A stretch of 59,310 nt of DNA, the filler included, from Trypethelium eluteriae (Eukaryota): assembly GCA_051942245.1 (NCBI GenBank). It is 4 parts of 4 records of this genome, joined end to end, with 100 filler letters (N's around TTAATTAATTAA, not from the genome) between each part and the next. Parts side by side here need not be neighbours in the genome. Positions count along the whole stretch, not along the records: positions 44,575 to 59,310 come from JAVECL010000675.1; 3 more parts are not named here. One strand, written 5' to 3'. The position numbers and the translations under genes were made by a program. The notes beneath the pieces were generated by a model. The model made no database searches. It was not told the origin of the DNA and saw nothing but the letters and a program-made list of their open reading frames with translations. Positions 45,079-58,748 of the stretch are shown piece by piece; positions within the stretch are counted from its first letter, which is position 1; every line of letters starts with the position of its first letter.

Positions 45079-48000
45079 TGTCCAGAGAAAATGAGGAAAC
45101 CGATCAATCTAAAAATCGAATTTTGGTTGACGGAAGCAGAGATAAGCTGGTATATCTATATATCCAGTAACATTGAACGAACGACTCTACTGAAGAGTGA
45201 ATGCTTTGAAAAAAATGAAGAACAGGAGAACAAGAGCCATTTATCAATCTTGAGCGAACTCGAGAGGAAGCCTGGAAACGCGCAAAGAGCAGTCATCAAG
45301 GATCATCTTGCCTTTGGAAGTACGGTTATCGTGGGACCACCAGCCACGTCGAAAATTTTCGTCGTCAGCGACTGATGTATACGTTGAGGAGATCTCTAAA
45401 TATGCGCGTCGCTACTCCCCTATTCCAATACAATCATGGAACGGTAACGAATATTTCCTGTGCATGTGCGATGTTTGAATGCCAATCGGTCATTCTTACC
45501 CACCTTTTGTGGATGTCGGAGCATTGCTCAGTGACAAGTAATGCCAATAAAACTCTACTGCAATGCTGCCTCTCGAGGGCGAGGAGCCCGATTGCTGGGG
45601 CATGTAAGCAGTACTCAACAAAGAGCAGTTGATACTCCGTACTCGAGAGACAAGACAACTGGAGCGCGAGAGTGGCGTAAAGTGGATAGCACGGAGCAAC
45701 CGGAACCAAGATGATGACCGAGAAACTAACTGGAAGGGCTTTAGCGTGCCATTCTCGCGACAAACCTGCTGGACTTGGCGATGCAGACCTCATCTTACCC
45801 CCATCTTTTCAGACCGAAAAGCCTTGTCTCATACACTTGCTCAATTCTGTCGCTGGAACTCCTTTAAACCTTATTTCCCTGGAATTGCGAAGAGTGGTAC
45901 CCATACGCAATTTGCTCACCGCTGTGCCTGCTTTGACCACCTTCGTCTAGCCTTCAATTATGGACATACACTCCCCAAGGAATCCAGAATAGAATAGTTC
46001 GGCTTTGACATGTCCTGTCCACTAGTCATCTGAGGTGCTCATAGGGACTCTTGGTTTAGCTCCGGCTCCGGTCCAGAGTCCTATGCGAGAATATGATACA
46101 GAGCTGTACTAAGCTAAGGGAGATCATCCCAAAGTTAGCAGTCATGCTTCGAAATCTCACAATTATCATATGTCAGTGGGATGGAAAGAACAGACCAGTA
46201 AACCTTGATTCAACGACACTCTCCAAGGTGCGGACAGGTAGACCAGAATTTCAACGGTTCGTACCAACTGACACCTTCCTCACTTTCCCAGCATCTTCCC
46301 CAACTCCCTTAGCTCTTAGTCGATCTCGATCTCCTTCTGAATTCAAGTAATTCGTCCAATTTCCTCGATCGTGGGAATTTGACGAGCTCTCCGTAGTTTC
46401 GGCTGTTCTCACGACGATAGCAGGCATTGAGACTAGACGGTCCACAGGAATACTCAAAACCCATCAATTAACGGCCAACCGGCATTTATGAAAGATAGGC
46501 TGGTAGTAAGGAATGTGAATGCTGCCAGGTTTTCAGCGATGTTTGCTGTATCTCCTGTTCCGGTCTAACTTACAAAGTCCTTTGGCACTGCATTTGCCCA
46601 TTGACGAAGGGTGAACCTACGGCAAGTCCCCAGTGCAGTGCCGAGCATTCCTAGCTTGACCAGCTTATTATCTCCCGACGCCATGCCGGAGATGCTACTT
46701 GCGGAGCCTTCCGGATCGACCTTGACTGACTTTCGTGGGCTGGGAAGCTTTCGAATACGCCGAGATCAAGGGCATACCATCTATCAGATCTTGCTCAATA
46801 ACTTACCTTGTGCTCTGACGCTTTTCAAGGCCTCACGAACACCTATCCACGTCGGTTTGAAGGATGGCACGTCCTTCACATTTGTTTTACCCTTCTTGAT
46901 GATGCCTCGAAATCACCAATGTCGTCGTATGGGTTTGAGAACCTTGCTGTTGTTAGCAGTGCGGATATGGGTCCCCTTCGCAAATCAAGTAGCCCTAGAT
47001 GACGGATAAGATGCCATCGGCCAATTTGGAAGACCCAAGGCCAACATTTTTCCACCGCACTGACATTCTCTAGGCTGATGTCCAGTACGATGTCTCCTCT
47101 CTTTCCGCAGATACCTAAAACCTCGATACTGAGCTCCGCTTTGCAATTGTGGGTGAACATTGCGAAGTTGATGGTCAACCTGAAGGTGCTGTAAGCGTTT
47201 TCAGGGCACCGTTCATTGAGATGCCTACCTGCGGATGGCGTCGTTAGAGGGAAGAGCTCTTTAACCCGGAAAATTGACAGTCTACAGGCCAGAAAGTCTC
47301 TTTGCTCCCCGAGTACGGCCATCGAAGTAGATCAAAGCCGTGTGCAGTGCTAGGCATTCGAGGTATTGTCCATGCGTGATTGCACTTGGTTCACCGTAGA
47401 ATTCGTTGGTTCTGAAGCACGAGAAACTTTCACTCATAAGCAGCTATCGTTCTGTTTCGATTTGACTTCACCTTCGTCCCCTTTGTCTTTTAATTTTGGC
47501 TTCCTACTTTTGAAAGAGACATAGTGTCTCAGTTTTCATCTCCGTCCTCATTCCGCCCAGAATCGTGATGCAATAAGCCACACTTATTCACTTCTAGCAT
47601 TTAGAATCGACGATGGTGAGTGTAATTTTGATCTCGTTAGGACCGCGTGCCATTGACTTCTTCAAGATTGCGATGGAAGGGCTAACGAACAATTGCGAGG
47701 ATATGAGGGGTGTGAAGCGGCAACGTGGGAAAATAGGAATTCTTTGAGAATAAGTGTCATTTCTGAAAAGGTTTGTACCTATCTAAGAATGGCAGTCCTG
47801 AGTTGTGTCAGTACAGAAACTTGCATGTCTGCATCATATAAAGTCTCTTACCACTGAAAAGAAACCCTCTGTTAATCCTGATCATCTAGAGTTTTGCTGC
47901 ACTCAATCAATCAATCTCCATCTTCCTCCATCTCATCGTAACTCTCTGGTTCAAATATCGAGCTAGGTTCATCCCAGTGGTCTCCCTCGGATTCGTCACA

Positions 48001-48146
48001 AGATTGGAGCGGGGTTTCTTCGCTACTTCGTTCAAGGGGCAGATCGGTATCGTGTGGTTCAAGGGCTAGAGATTGGACGACGCTCTGTTTTCGGTTCCTT
48101 AGGCCTAGCTGTATCGCTCGCATTGCGACATCCGACATCTGTTACT

Positions 48147-49424
48147 TCAGCTTTGATCTTCCCTCAGACGCCTTGCACCTCTTCGACCAACCGATGTTGG
48201 CCCTCTTACAGATCTTCCTCTCTTCAACTCAGCGGACCCAGAACTGCCACTGTCATACTCCCAGTCCTCCATCGTAATCATGTAGTTCTTCCCATGGTGG
48301 TGGTTTCGGACCCTGTCCTCAAAGTCCTCCTCATCTTCAGAAGCGTCAAAGATTTCCAGCAGTACTTCCGGCGACACACGAGGCATGATTTCCTCAAAAC
48401 GCTTTTCCGGAGCTACGATGACCGGGAACTCATCGCCAGTAAAGTGGTTCTTTAGCGCGCGGGCAAAGTCGTCGGTTGTTGATGAGAACCTAAACATGTC
48501 AACGAGTCTGTGGAGGTTGGCATAACGCGTTGGTTTCTCGGTGGCGGGCTCGATTTCGTAGTCATCAACATTGAAAGACTCTTCGGATCTCATTTTGGGT
48601 GACTTGTCGACTGCTAACGAGGGGCCCGTCGACACTGAGGGAGGGTTTTCTTCGGCAGACGCTGGTTTGTTTTGTGTTGACTCGTTAATCTTGGTCTCGG
48701 TAGAAAATTTTATCATCAGCTTGATGGATTTGCGCTTTGGTGATGACTCGGGATCCTTTCGGTGGACGCTTCCTTTTCTACCACGCGGTCTCGTCTGTTG
48801 GGAGAAATTGCCTTGAGCCAGTTCCTCATCAAACTGGAAAAAATTTGGTAAGCTTTATTAGTTTGGACAGAACTTGCCACTTACCTTTATAGCGGCCTTT
48901 CCTTTCGATTTGCGATGGGGTCGTGCCTCCTGCACGTTTCCTACAGTGTCAGATTCACTTTTGGGGGGCATCTCGTCGTCACTTCCGCTTTGACAAGAAG
49001 GAACTTCCAGATCGCCGTCCTCAGAATCGCTTTCCCCAGAACCGCTTTCCCCAGAATCGTGATCCCCGGCAAGTGAGTGGATATTGGTAAGCTGGCGGAG
49101 TGTACCGTGCTCTTGGGAGTCGTTGCCAGATTCCTCCGCTAGAAGAAGGCTCGGATCCTGTATGCTTCCAGTAGTGCTGTCGGCTATGCTACTATTGCCA
49201 TCCCTATCAGCGCGAATCGTGGAGTCGTCACTCTCGTGATTTTCATCCAATGTCTCAGGCCTTAGGTCACCAAGGCCCATTGCTTCAGCTCCGATGGAGG
49301 ATGTAAATGCTCGCCTGTCTCCACCCTGACTAGCTTTCCAGTCATCCGTGGTTAAGTGGAAATTTAGGCCGAGCCCATGAGTTTCTTTGCCTTGAGGACT
49401 AAGTGGATCTGACATGTTGAACAT
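48147..49424 (-). CDS. Acidic low-complexity hypothetical protein (~408 aa)
   Basis: ORFs 48858-49424 and 48147-48716 join in frame through a 51-nt GTAAGT...CTAAT...CAG intron (48884-48834); no recognised domain. Confidence 0.55.
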
Positions 49425-50539
49425 TCAAGTCACAGTTTCCAGACAAGGGCTTCGACTGAACCAGTATTGACGAGTATCAGCAGTCTTGTGCTTGAACTTA
49501 CTTTTGGATGCGTTACACAACCTAGAGATATCTTCAAGATGAAGTAACGCGTCTTATAATCGAGGCGCGTCCAGGGGTGTGTGTGGAAGCTCGGCAGGCA
49601 ATTCCGCCAAAAGTGTCGAGTACGCCAGTGAGTCTCACATAATGTAGAATAGGGTTTGGAAAGCTATCACCAAGACCAACCATATAGGGTGTAGACTTTG
49701 GTGTATGTAGAAGTGTTTCGGAATTGGCCACACTGGCGCCCCTTCTCCCACTCTCACGACCTACACAAAAGGAGTAGACATCCCATGATCACCATCTGCT
49801 GGTGAAAGAGCATCTAGTATCTTTCGTTACGATGGCGGTACTCAATTATTTTGATCCTGGTCTGTATGATCGTGACGACATCCATATAAATCCCGCAGCA
49901 GCTAAGCCTTTGTAAGGGAAGTGAATACAGCTCATGTTATGTCTTTGGGTTCAATTACATGAGCTGATTGATCAATGTATTGTATGGCGGAGGTCCTGTG
50001 TATGATACCTTCATTGCATAGATTTTCGCTTGAGCTGCGTAGCCATGATAGACACCTGCATTCTGTTCAAAGCATAGAAACGATAAGTCTCTTATTTGCT
50101 AAATGCTCCCAATCGAAATGGAAGTGTTCAAAGATCTCTCAGATACTTTATATTTTACGCTGACTGCGGTAATTGCTTACGACGACGTACAGAAAAAATT
50201 TCTAGAGACACGTCGAGACCAAAAAACCCCTCGTCGGAGATCAGGTGTTGGGTTCGAATGGCTAGGTACCGGACGGGACTCCTTACTAGGTACATAACAG
50301 GATTGACAGGCGAAGATGACTACTTCCACCGCCATCTCTAGGAGGAAGAGCGCAAACCTCATTCACTTTATATACGCAGATTCGGATAAGAGAGGGAGGC
50401 TGATTTTGACTGACATAAGATATTTCTAGTAGTCGAGTATCAACATTACGCTACGTGCCCCTGCCGCCAGCGTTTTGCCTCGGACTTTCTCAGAGCATTG
50501 AAAGGCCATCATGTATAACAAGGCTGATTACTCGTACTC

Positions 50540-53500
50540 TCAAAAAGCTTCGCCATATCCCACAGTGCGATCCTCAGCCTCGTGACTTTCTGACCTCTTC
50601 AGAACCTCCTTTCCCTTCCCTGTCTTTTCTGCCGGTTCAACATGCCCCCTTTCAGCCTCCACTCCTCTGACTAGGCTCCAAAACGCACCTTTCCTTTTCA
50701 TCAAACCCTCAAAATCACCCTCCTCTACTACGCTTCCCTTCTCTAACATCGCAATATCGTCAGCAATCCTCATCATCTCGACGCTATGCGTTATTATCAG
50801 CACAGTCATCCCTTCATCTCTCTCCCTCTTTTCTCTCGTCACCGTCACGATCGTGTCTCTCACTAAAGCACTTGACTCCACATCCAGCGCACTCGTACAT
50901 TCATCCAGGACTAAACACTTGACTTCCCTCACCAGCGCCCTCGCAATTGCCACACGTTGCGCTTGCCCGCCGCTCAGCCCACTACCACCCTCTCCGATGA
51001 CTGTGTCGTAACTCTCCGGCAGACTAGAGATCCACTCGTCGACACCTGCTTGTTGTGCTGCCTTCCGCACGTTCTCTCGACGCCGGTAGGGACTCCCTTC
51101 CGGTAGGCCGTATACGATGTTCTCGTAGAGGCTCGCAGGGAACAGAATAGGTGTCTGGGGAACAACACCGATGAGGCTCCGCAGCGTGGGGATATCGAGG
51201 CGAGTGATCGAACGGCCGGAGATGCAAAGGGGTGGCGGGGCACGGAGATCGAAGACTGGTGGCGGGTTGGGAGGGTAAATACCTAGGATGAGGGAGGCAA
51301 TGGTAGATTTGCCGCTGCCCGATGCGCCGACCAGTGCAATAGTGCGATTGCGTTTGATGGTTAGGTTGAGATTGGAGAGGACAAGGTCGCGAGGATGGGA
51401 GGGATAGCTGAAGTTACAGCTGCGGAATTCGATATCGCCGATGGCAGAGATGTAGGCATGGCCGACGCATTCGTGGGAGCTGCTGGTGGAGAGGTTCGCG
51501 AGGCGGAGAAGACGAGTTGCTGTGTCGAGGCTAGAGCTCATTTGCGGAATGAACTCGAGAATGCCGCTGACATTAGCGATGCTGAATAGGAGTTGGCTGA
51601 AAGCGCCAATGATCGAGGGGACGGTGATATGTCCTCGAGACGCGAGCAGAGCGCCGGAGTAGAAGATAAGCGCCGTGACGAACTGGATGCTGGATTCTGT
51701 GAGACCAAAGAAGAAACCGGTGTAGAAAGACCTTTGCAGTCCGACTTTAAGACACTGCTGAGTGGCAGCAAGGTGTTTGCGTCGAAAATGGCCCTCAAGT
51801 GTCAGACTGCGTACAGTTTTGATCGACGTAAAAGTTTCAGTGAAGATAGCTGCGGCAGCTTCAGCAGCGTCGTTGGAAATGGATTCCCATTTCGAAGAGA
51901 TAGCAGCATATGCTTTAGACACTGCATAGACGTATGGGGCGCATACTAAGCCGATGAGAGTGACTTGCCAAGCGTCAACTAGAGCCCACACGATACTGGT
52001 GCCCATCATAACGATCGCAACAAAGATTAAACCAGCAAAGCGACTGACTAAATATCGCATCTCTTCGGCATTACGGTCTAGTGATTCGGCGAGACGCGAG
52101 ACACTGTTTTCTTTCCTTGCAAAGAATTCCTTAGATTGTGCAAGTATGCGAGCAAGAGCTCGAAGGCGAATATGATCAGCCCAACATTGACCACAATACT
52201 CAAGGAGCATATGCATGAAGTAAATGCCGAAGCCATCGCCAAAAGCGATTGCTAAGATCCCAAGTGAATACGTCATCGCGTCTTTTTGGCGCTCAGCTGT
52301 ATTGAAGAAGGTGGAAATTAATCTAGAGAAGAGCCATGAGAATATGGGAATAGCGACAGCGTGCGCTAAAGCAGCCATGAAGCCCAGAAGCAGTACAAGT
52401 CTTGTCGACCATCCGAGCGACGGCCAGACTGTCGTAAGTATCTTCCTCGCTGGCCAGATCTCGCTCGTGGAGGAGCCATCTTCTTCCGCGGTAGGTTTAA
52501 CTCGAGCTTGTTGCCCTATATCTGAATCAAGCGATAGAGGGGAGACAGATCGATCCCTTGGCAGGGACGTTGCAGGTGAATCTCTAACTCGAGACGGCGT
52601 CGCTTGTTCATCGGTCCTTCCGTTTCTCTTCCCTATCAACTCTTGCTGCATGTTGGAGTGCTGCTTGGGATGTCCACTCTGCATTTCCTTGGGGGGAGGC
52701 TTAGGCGGCCGAGCCTCGTCATCAGGCATATAGAGTGACCACCGCGGATTCGATTGGGGCGTCATTGAAACGCTTAGAGGCCGTTGAAAAGGAGACGCTG
52801 GTGAGGCTTGCATGGTAAGAGCGTACGGAGACCAAATTGCAGATTTTGGGCGTGGCGAGATGTTGGGCGATGCGTACGATGTTCTCTGGGAAGGAGTATC
52901 TTTCATGTTGAGATGGGGTGGAATAGAGTCTTGGAGTTTTACCGAAGAGCTCCTTCGAGTAAAAAGGTCGCTTTTGGTGGGGCTCGACCTCGGACTGGCT
53001 TGGGTCGAGGGAAGCTTCCCGGCCGTGATAAATCCCTGAAATGGAGAGTCCTGTACTGTTTCAATTTCATCGCGATAGCCTTGTTCAACGACTGCACCAT
53101 CCTCCATAATATACACAAAGTCTTGGGGCTCAATCGCTGCGATGTCGTGCGTAATGATCAACGTTGTCTTACCCTCTCTCCAAATTCGAATGGCGCGCAT
53201 TACCAGTTCCCGTGTCGTGTGGTCCAGTGCGCTGGTTGATTCGTCTAAGATGAGGATGGGAGTATCACGAATTCTGGTACGGGCGAGGGCCATACGCTGC
53301 TTTTGGCCACCGCTCATAGAGCTTCCCTGTGCACCAACCATAGTATCGAGGCTATTTGGCATACCTTGGACAGCTTGTTGGAGGAGAGCAAAAGCGATGG
53401 CATCTCGGACCTCTTTCTCTGATACCTCTCTGCCGTTTCTACTACCGAAGGCAAGATTCCAGTAGATGGTATCATTAAACAGTATGCTTTGCTGTTCAAC

Positions 53501-54962
53501 GAGGGTGATATTGCTGCGGAGGAACGTGGTACTAAGATCTGAGATTGAAGTCCTATCCAACGTTATCTTACCAGCTTCCGGGTTGTAAAAGCGCATTAAG
53601 AGTTGTCCGAGCGTACTCTTCCCAGATCCGCTCTTGCCAATGACGAAAGTCGTCTCAGCCGCTCGGAATGCCAGCGTGACATCTCTGAGTACCTTTTGAT
53701 CTGGTCGTGACGGATAGGCAAAGGAGACCTTGAAGGAGTCAGCTGCCAATCACAGTATCATACAGTCCTTTCATGCATGACTCACGTTTTCAAAGTTTAT
53801 TCCACCTGAGCTGGCATCGGCTCTTTGTATTTCAATGACCACTTTCTTGGCTTGTCTCTTATGGACCTGTTCAGCCACTCGCCGCAACTTTGCTCCTGCC
53901 GCTCTCCCTTTCTCGAGTACGATCATCTGTGGGAGAATGGACTGTAATGCCCCAACCGCCTGTAACGCAGCCCAAAAAGTGGTGAGCACTTGGCCAGGTC
54001 TTTTCTTGTTCCCACCAATGAGTGTGCTACCGTACCAGAAGCCTTGCACAAACATTGCCCTAGTACACAACGTGACAAAGCCTTGCTGGAAGGCGTTCCA
54101 ATGCGCTTGACGGCCGTAATGCTTCGCTGCAACGCCAATTGCATTTTTGTATTTGTCCACCTCACATTTTTGACCGTTGAAGTATTTCACAATGTCAATC
54201 GAAGAGAAGGCGGTTGTTGTGTGCTTAGACGCTTCCGTCATTGCCTCCTGCTGATCTCCAATGGCAGCATGAACGAGTCGCGAAAATTGGCTGACACCGA
54301 CAAAGATGACTGGTACTCCGGCGATGGTGACGAGAGTCAGATCCCAGGCATAGTAAAAGGCAAGTCCGAGGCAGGAGAAAAAGACGAAAGTGTATTGAGC
54401 CAGGTCACCCATGGGTGCTGATAGTGCTGTTTGAAGCTCCCGAATCTGCCTGGCAGGAATTAGCGAGTGTTTTGTGCTTCCTCGAAAATTGTCCGTACAT
54501 TTGAAATCTTGGGATTGACGCTGAAATCCCATTCTTCCGCAGGTCGTACCACGTCATATCTTTTTCAAGAAGTCCTTCAAATACACGATCTCGAGCGCAC
54601 TTGGCCTGCATCTCTGCAAAGGCTAGCCAGAACATGAAAAAGGCGGCACTTGTCAACCAATTGAGAAGCCCGACTACAGCAAGATATGTGCAGTATTTGG
54701 CTACCTCTTTCTTGAGTTCTGCGCCTGATATCTGACCCGCGCCGAATGTGGTAAAGGAATTAAAGGCTTTGCCGATGAGGTATGCTTTGGCGGGAACATT
54801 GGCGCCACTGATGACCGAAAAAACGAGAGCGAGGCAAAGGACACCAGTATGTCTTTTGGTCGTAAAAGTAAATAGCGCGCTCCATGGAGCCACGCGAGCT
54901 TCTTGGCTGTCGTCTAGATTATCCTCCTCGGTCTGACCTTGGTCTTTCTCATCCTGAGGCAT
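50540..54962 (-). CDS. STE6: Full-size ABCB exporter, Ste6/Hst6-like a-factor pheromone transporter
   Basis: Exons 54962-54499, 54449-53786, 53728-50540. TMD-NBD-TMD-NBD; GKSGSGKST/MSGGQ/ILILDESTSALD and GASGSGKST/LSGGQ/LVLDECTSALD. Subfamily-typical W..LF.FTT..H, VLEKGRAAG and LDRNAEEMR.LV.RF. Confidence 0.85.
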
Positions 54963-55522
54963 TTATTCTGAGCCTAATCCGTTGCCAATACGAACTCAAT
55001 ATAGAGGAGTTTACGAAATAGTAGAAGATGGGTGGCGATGAGATCAATGGTCTGCAGACAGAGATCTGACGTCAAGGTGGATAGGCACAAATAGATTTGC
55101 ATGGAATGGAACCTAGCTCAGCAGCACGCAGAATGGGTTGTTCGAGTATTGCATAGCGTGAGGTAGCGCGTTGAGCGTTGCTATTGTTCTCTGCAGCAAC
55201 CTATCCTCGCTTAGAACAAGACACACTGCCTTGCACCTCTGGGTCGTCTTGCGCGTCCACCCAACCAAACATCATTTATCACTTATGACGCAAGTGAAGA
55301 AGAAGGAATATTTTAGTCGTGAGCAATGTTTTCGGTTCGACCAACAAATCGAAAGTGATCCTGGGAAGCGACAGAGATGGAAATGGCACCTCAAAATTTG
55401 TCGCTTTCGTCGCGTCTACAGACTCTTCGCGATGCTTTGCTGTTATTTCGCCGACGGTAATCATTACCGTGAGTGAGCCTACAATGTCCCAACTTGACCT
55501 CATGTGGCCCGAAATCCAGTAG

Positions 55523-56239
55523 CTATGCAGCTTTTGCTTGCTCAGGGTGATTCTTTTCGTAGACCCAGTCGTTCAGACCTTCGCGGTTCCTATTGAATAG
55601 TCAGCGCGAGCAATATATCGACTTTTAAGCAATGGTCTCATCTACCTAGCAATCTCAACAGCGTAGAACTGCATCCGCACCACTGTCGCTCGTCAGTCAA
55701 TTCTATAGCGGTCATACCTTATTTCCCGGCCCGACCTACCAAGTATTGTCTCCTTCTCACCATATTCAAACGATGGATTCGATCTTAATATTGTTCCAAA
55801 GTTGTAATCTTTGACCGTCTCCTTGTACGTCTCGATGAAGTCGCGCCATCGGTCTTTGCCCTTCTTGCTCTTCATTTCATCTTCATTGATAGTAGCTTTG
55901 AGGTCATAGTCTGGAAACTCTCGTTTGAAGTGGTTGTAGATATCATCGTCCAGTTTAGTGAGACGCAATTCGCTGCCACGGCATTTGTTCAAAAGACCCC
56001 AGTAAGCTTCGACGTGTTCGACGACTTCGGAGGGAGGGGAGGATCAGCACATTTGCTTGATTTAGCAGAGTAATCGCCCGTGAAGCTCACCTTTGACAGC
56101 AAATTGGTGTTCGATCTACAGAAAAGCCGTTAGCATGAGGTCTCGGCCATGGAACAAGGTCAATGACTTCATAACATACATCAGGATTGTTTTCAGCCTG
56201 ATTCGGGTCCAGTTCTGCACCCGGGGGCCCAAGTGACAT
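55523..56239 (-). CDS. PBDC1: PBDC1/YPL225W-family protein
   Basis: Five exons: 56239-56180, 56115-56091, 56024-55740, 55682-55646, 55589-55523. IEHQFAVK, LRLTKLDDDIY.HF, MKSKKGKDRWRDF, DYNFGTILR, VRMQFYAVEIARNREGLND. Confidence 0.93.
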
Positions 56240-56775
56240 GATTCAATCTTGGGGACCGACACGGTCGACCTCGCTTATGGCGACAGCAATCAAATATACA
56301 GTAGGGGTGAGAGGATGTTGTTGCGGAATCGAATAGTAGCTTCTGCATTGCCGTTATTGATTTAACTCGAAATCTCTGCCCCGCGGTCTTCGGTCCGCTT
56401 GCTTTCCGACACGGGAGTGACGAGACACTCGCGGCACCCTCGTCCTCACGGCACCAGCACCCTCACGGCTTTGATGGCAGCACGCTGTCAGATGACAGTA
56501 GGCAGGGCAAGAAAGCTACTTGTCAAATTCAAACACTATTCAGCACTAATTGTACAATAGAGCTGCCCTGAAGACTCTGCCATCCAGCCTGCTGGGTCTT
56601 CAATGACTCTCGTCTACGATACAGATTCTACATTATGAAGTTCCAATGCACAAAACCACGACTGCCGGAAACTCAAGGTGAGGCATACGAAAGTATGTCT
56701 AGTAAGACTCTGATGATAGGCTTATCCATTGGGCGCTGCCCCTGAGGTAAGCCTCAATTCCACTGACTGGCTCTC

Positions 56776-57697
56776 TTATTTTCTAGCATGCTCGCTTGAG
56801 CTACCTGCTCCCTTGGGCTTTTGCCTTTCCATCACACGTTGTCCTGGAGTAGGTAGACTCTTCTTGGTTACAGTTCCAGACTGCTTTTCTACATCTTTCG
56901 AAACCTTGGTCTTGGATTTTGGTATGTTCGGGGCAGTCTTTTGCTCGTTCGGAGCAGTCTTTTGCTCGTTCGGGGCAGTCTTTTGCTCGTTAGGAATCAT
57001 CTCCGCCTGCATCAAAGCTTTGATTTCCTTTGCCAAGCATTCATTGATAGCCTTCTCGGTAACCGAACGCCAATTCTCCATGTCGTTCTCGTTGTCTCTC
57101 AGGAAGCGGCCGAACTCCAGAAGAACTTTTCCTCGGGCTCTTTTAAGCTCACGACTGTAATTTTCTACAGTCTTACTTCCTGGCTTGGCATCTCTCATTT
57201 TGGATTCCAGGGATTCCAGCGTCATCTCCTCATGAAACTCACTTCGGAGGTCCTTCGATGTTTTCCGGAACAAGGAACGACGGCGGCGAGTGGTTTCATC
57301 CTCAAGCTGAGAACCAATCTCGCCCATTTCCGTCCAGACTTCTAATTCTTGAAGCATATGGTTCAGCAGCTTACGTTTGAGCGTTTCCGAACTGCATTGG
57401 CCGCCAAGGGTGCTCATAAACCTTCAAATAGTCAGTTCATATGTTACATGCCTTATATTAATCAATCGCATTGCCCTGCTTTGCGGAGGCAACATGTGGT
57501 GAAAGACAGCCGGACGGCGAGAAAATAACTTACGGGCAAATAGTCAGGGGCTCATGCATGCGTCCGTCGAACGTAGAAGGTCCTTCGTTGCTGAACTTGC
57601 GGTAATAATCGAAGAATTTACGAAGCCTACGAAAGCATGGGTCATGGTGCAGTGGAACTGGCGCTTCGGATTCCTTATCAGATGCGTTACTCATCAT
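56776..57697 (-). CDS. Orphan hypothetical protein with charged helices and a 7-aa repeat
   Basis: Exon 57697-57534 joins ORF 56776-57417 in frame through a GTAAGT...CTGAC...AAG intron (57533-57422). Confidence 0.55.
56926..56988 (-). repeat. 21-bp coding tandem repeat x3 (EQKTAPN)
   Basis: GTTCGG(G/A)GCAGTCTTTTGCTC at 56926, 56947 and 56968; one mismatch among the copies. Confidence 0.95.
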
Positions 57698-58349
57698 GGA
57701 GTAAGTTGAGCGCTCCCCTAAAACGTCTCTTGATCTTCCTAGAAAGGTACGATTGAAAGTAGTGGAGTAGTATTTCTAGGGAAAAGAAATTATGATGAGG
57801 AATCGCTCGACGCTTATCTACCCTGGATCGATGTCTGTCACAACTCCGTAGCCGTCAACTACCGATATGACTATTATTGCTCATGTTGGTCACCCGAAGC
57901 TCACGCCTTATTGTCGCATGGAGTCAGCATCGGCTTCTCGCATGAAATCCATTGAAAACAGGCCACTGTATGGTCAACGAGAGCTCCTTGAGCCTATCAC
58001 TTACTAGATTCGGCTTTCAACGGACTCGATCTTAGCTGACGAGCGTCACCTACTCGCGAGTCAAGGAGCCCCCAGAGAGTGAATCACAAGCACGATGATA
58101 GGACTAATAGCTCATACAAAAGTCATGCGCATTACATTTAATCTTGGAATATTTGCAGGAAAACTAGTGACCCTTGAGATCGAGTAGGTCATCCAACTCA
58201 CAAACAAGCCTTGCCAGAAGATCTCACGCCCGTCTGGTGAATGCCAAACGACTAGCCAGGCGAGTCCAGACCTCCCTGGCTAAACGCACGGGTGCAGCTG
58301 TGCTTCAGGACCCGATACACAATCTCGCCTGCATTATCTCCCCATCTCA

Positions 58350-58748
58350 TCAACGCCGAACTTGCGTTGGCTGTCGACCAATTCCAGATGAGTCGACCAA
58401 TTGACGCACTTCTCCAAGCATGCTATCACACTCCTTAATGAAGGCCCAAAGTTCATTCAATTTGTCAGCTTGCACTGCTTCTATTTGGCTCTGTATTAGC
58501 TGTAGCTCCTCTTGCGTGGTTGACTCCGGTAGTTCGTCCAAAAGCTGCAGCTCTCTCTGAAGATACTTGCTAACCAGCTGTCTATGTTTATCCGAGCTAA
58601 GGTTAACGGAAATCGCCTCGGCCATCTCTTTTGCTGACTGTGCGCGCGGGATGCGCCGCAGGAAGTCGAACTTCTCCTGGCTCAGTCGAGTCATCTCGCC
58701 CCTGGCGTGGCATGCACTGCAGTCGCGCCCTGTGATCCGCAATTGCCT
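58350..58748 (-). CDS. Possible last exon of an unknown (possibly degenerate) gene
   Basis: 130-codon frame with CSAC and a helical/coiled-coil stretch, preceded by a CTGAC...TAG acceptor; upstream exons not resolved. Confidence 0.3.
   Translation of the reverse strand, partial: RQLRITGRDCSACHARGEMTRLSQEKFDFLRRIPRAQSAKEMAEAISVNLSSDKHRQLVSKYLQRELQLLDELPESTTQEELQLIQSQIEAVQADKLNELWAFIKECDSMLGEVRQLVDSSGIGRQPTQVRR

Noticed and set aside
45091..47400. Scattered 60-150 aa ORFs, including 46876-47322
   Set aside because: No motif or consistent splice model recognised; a decayed gene cannot be excluded.
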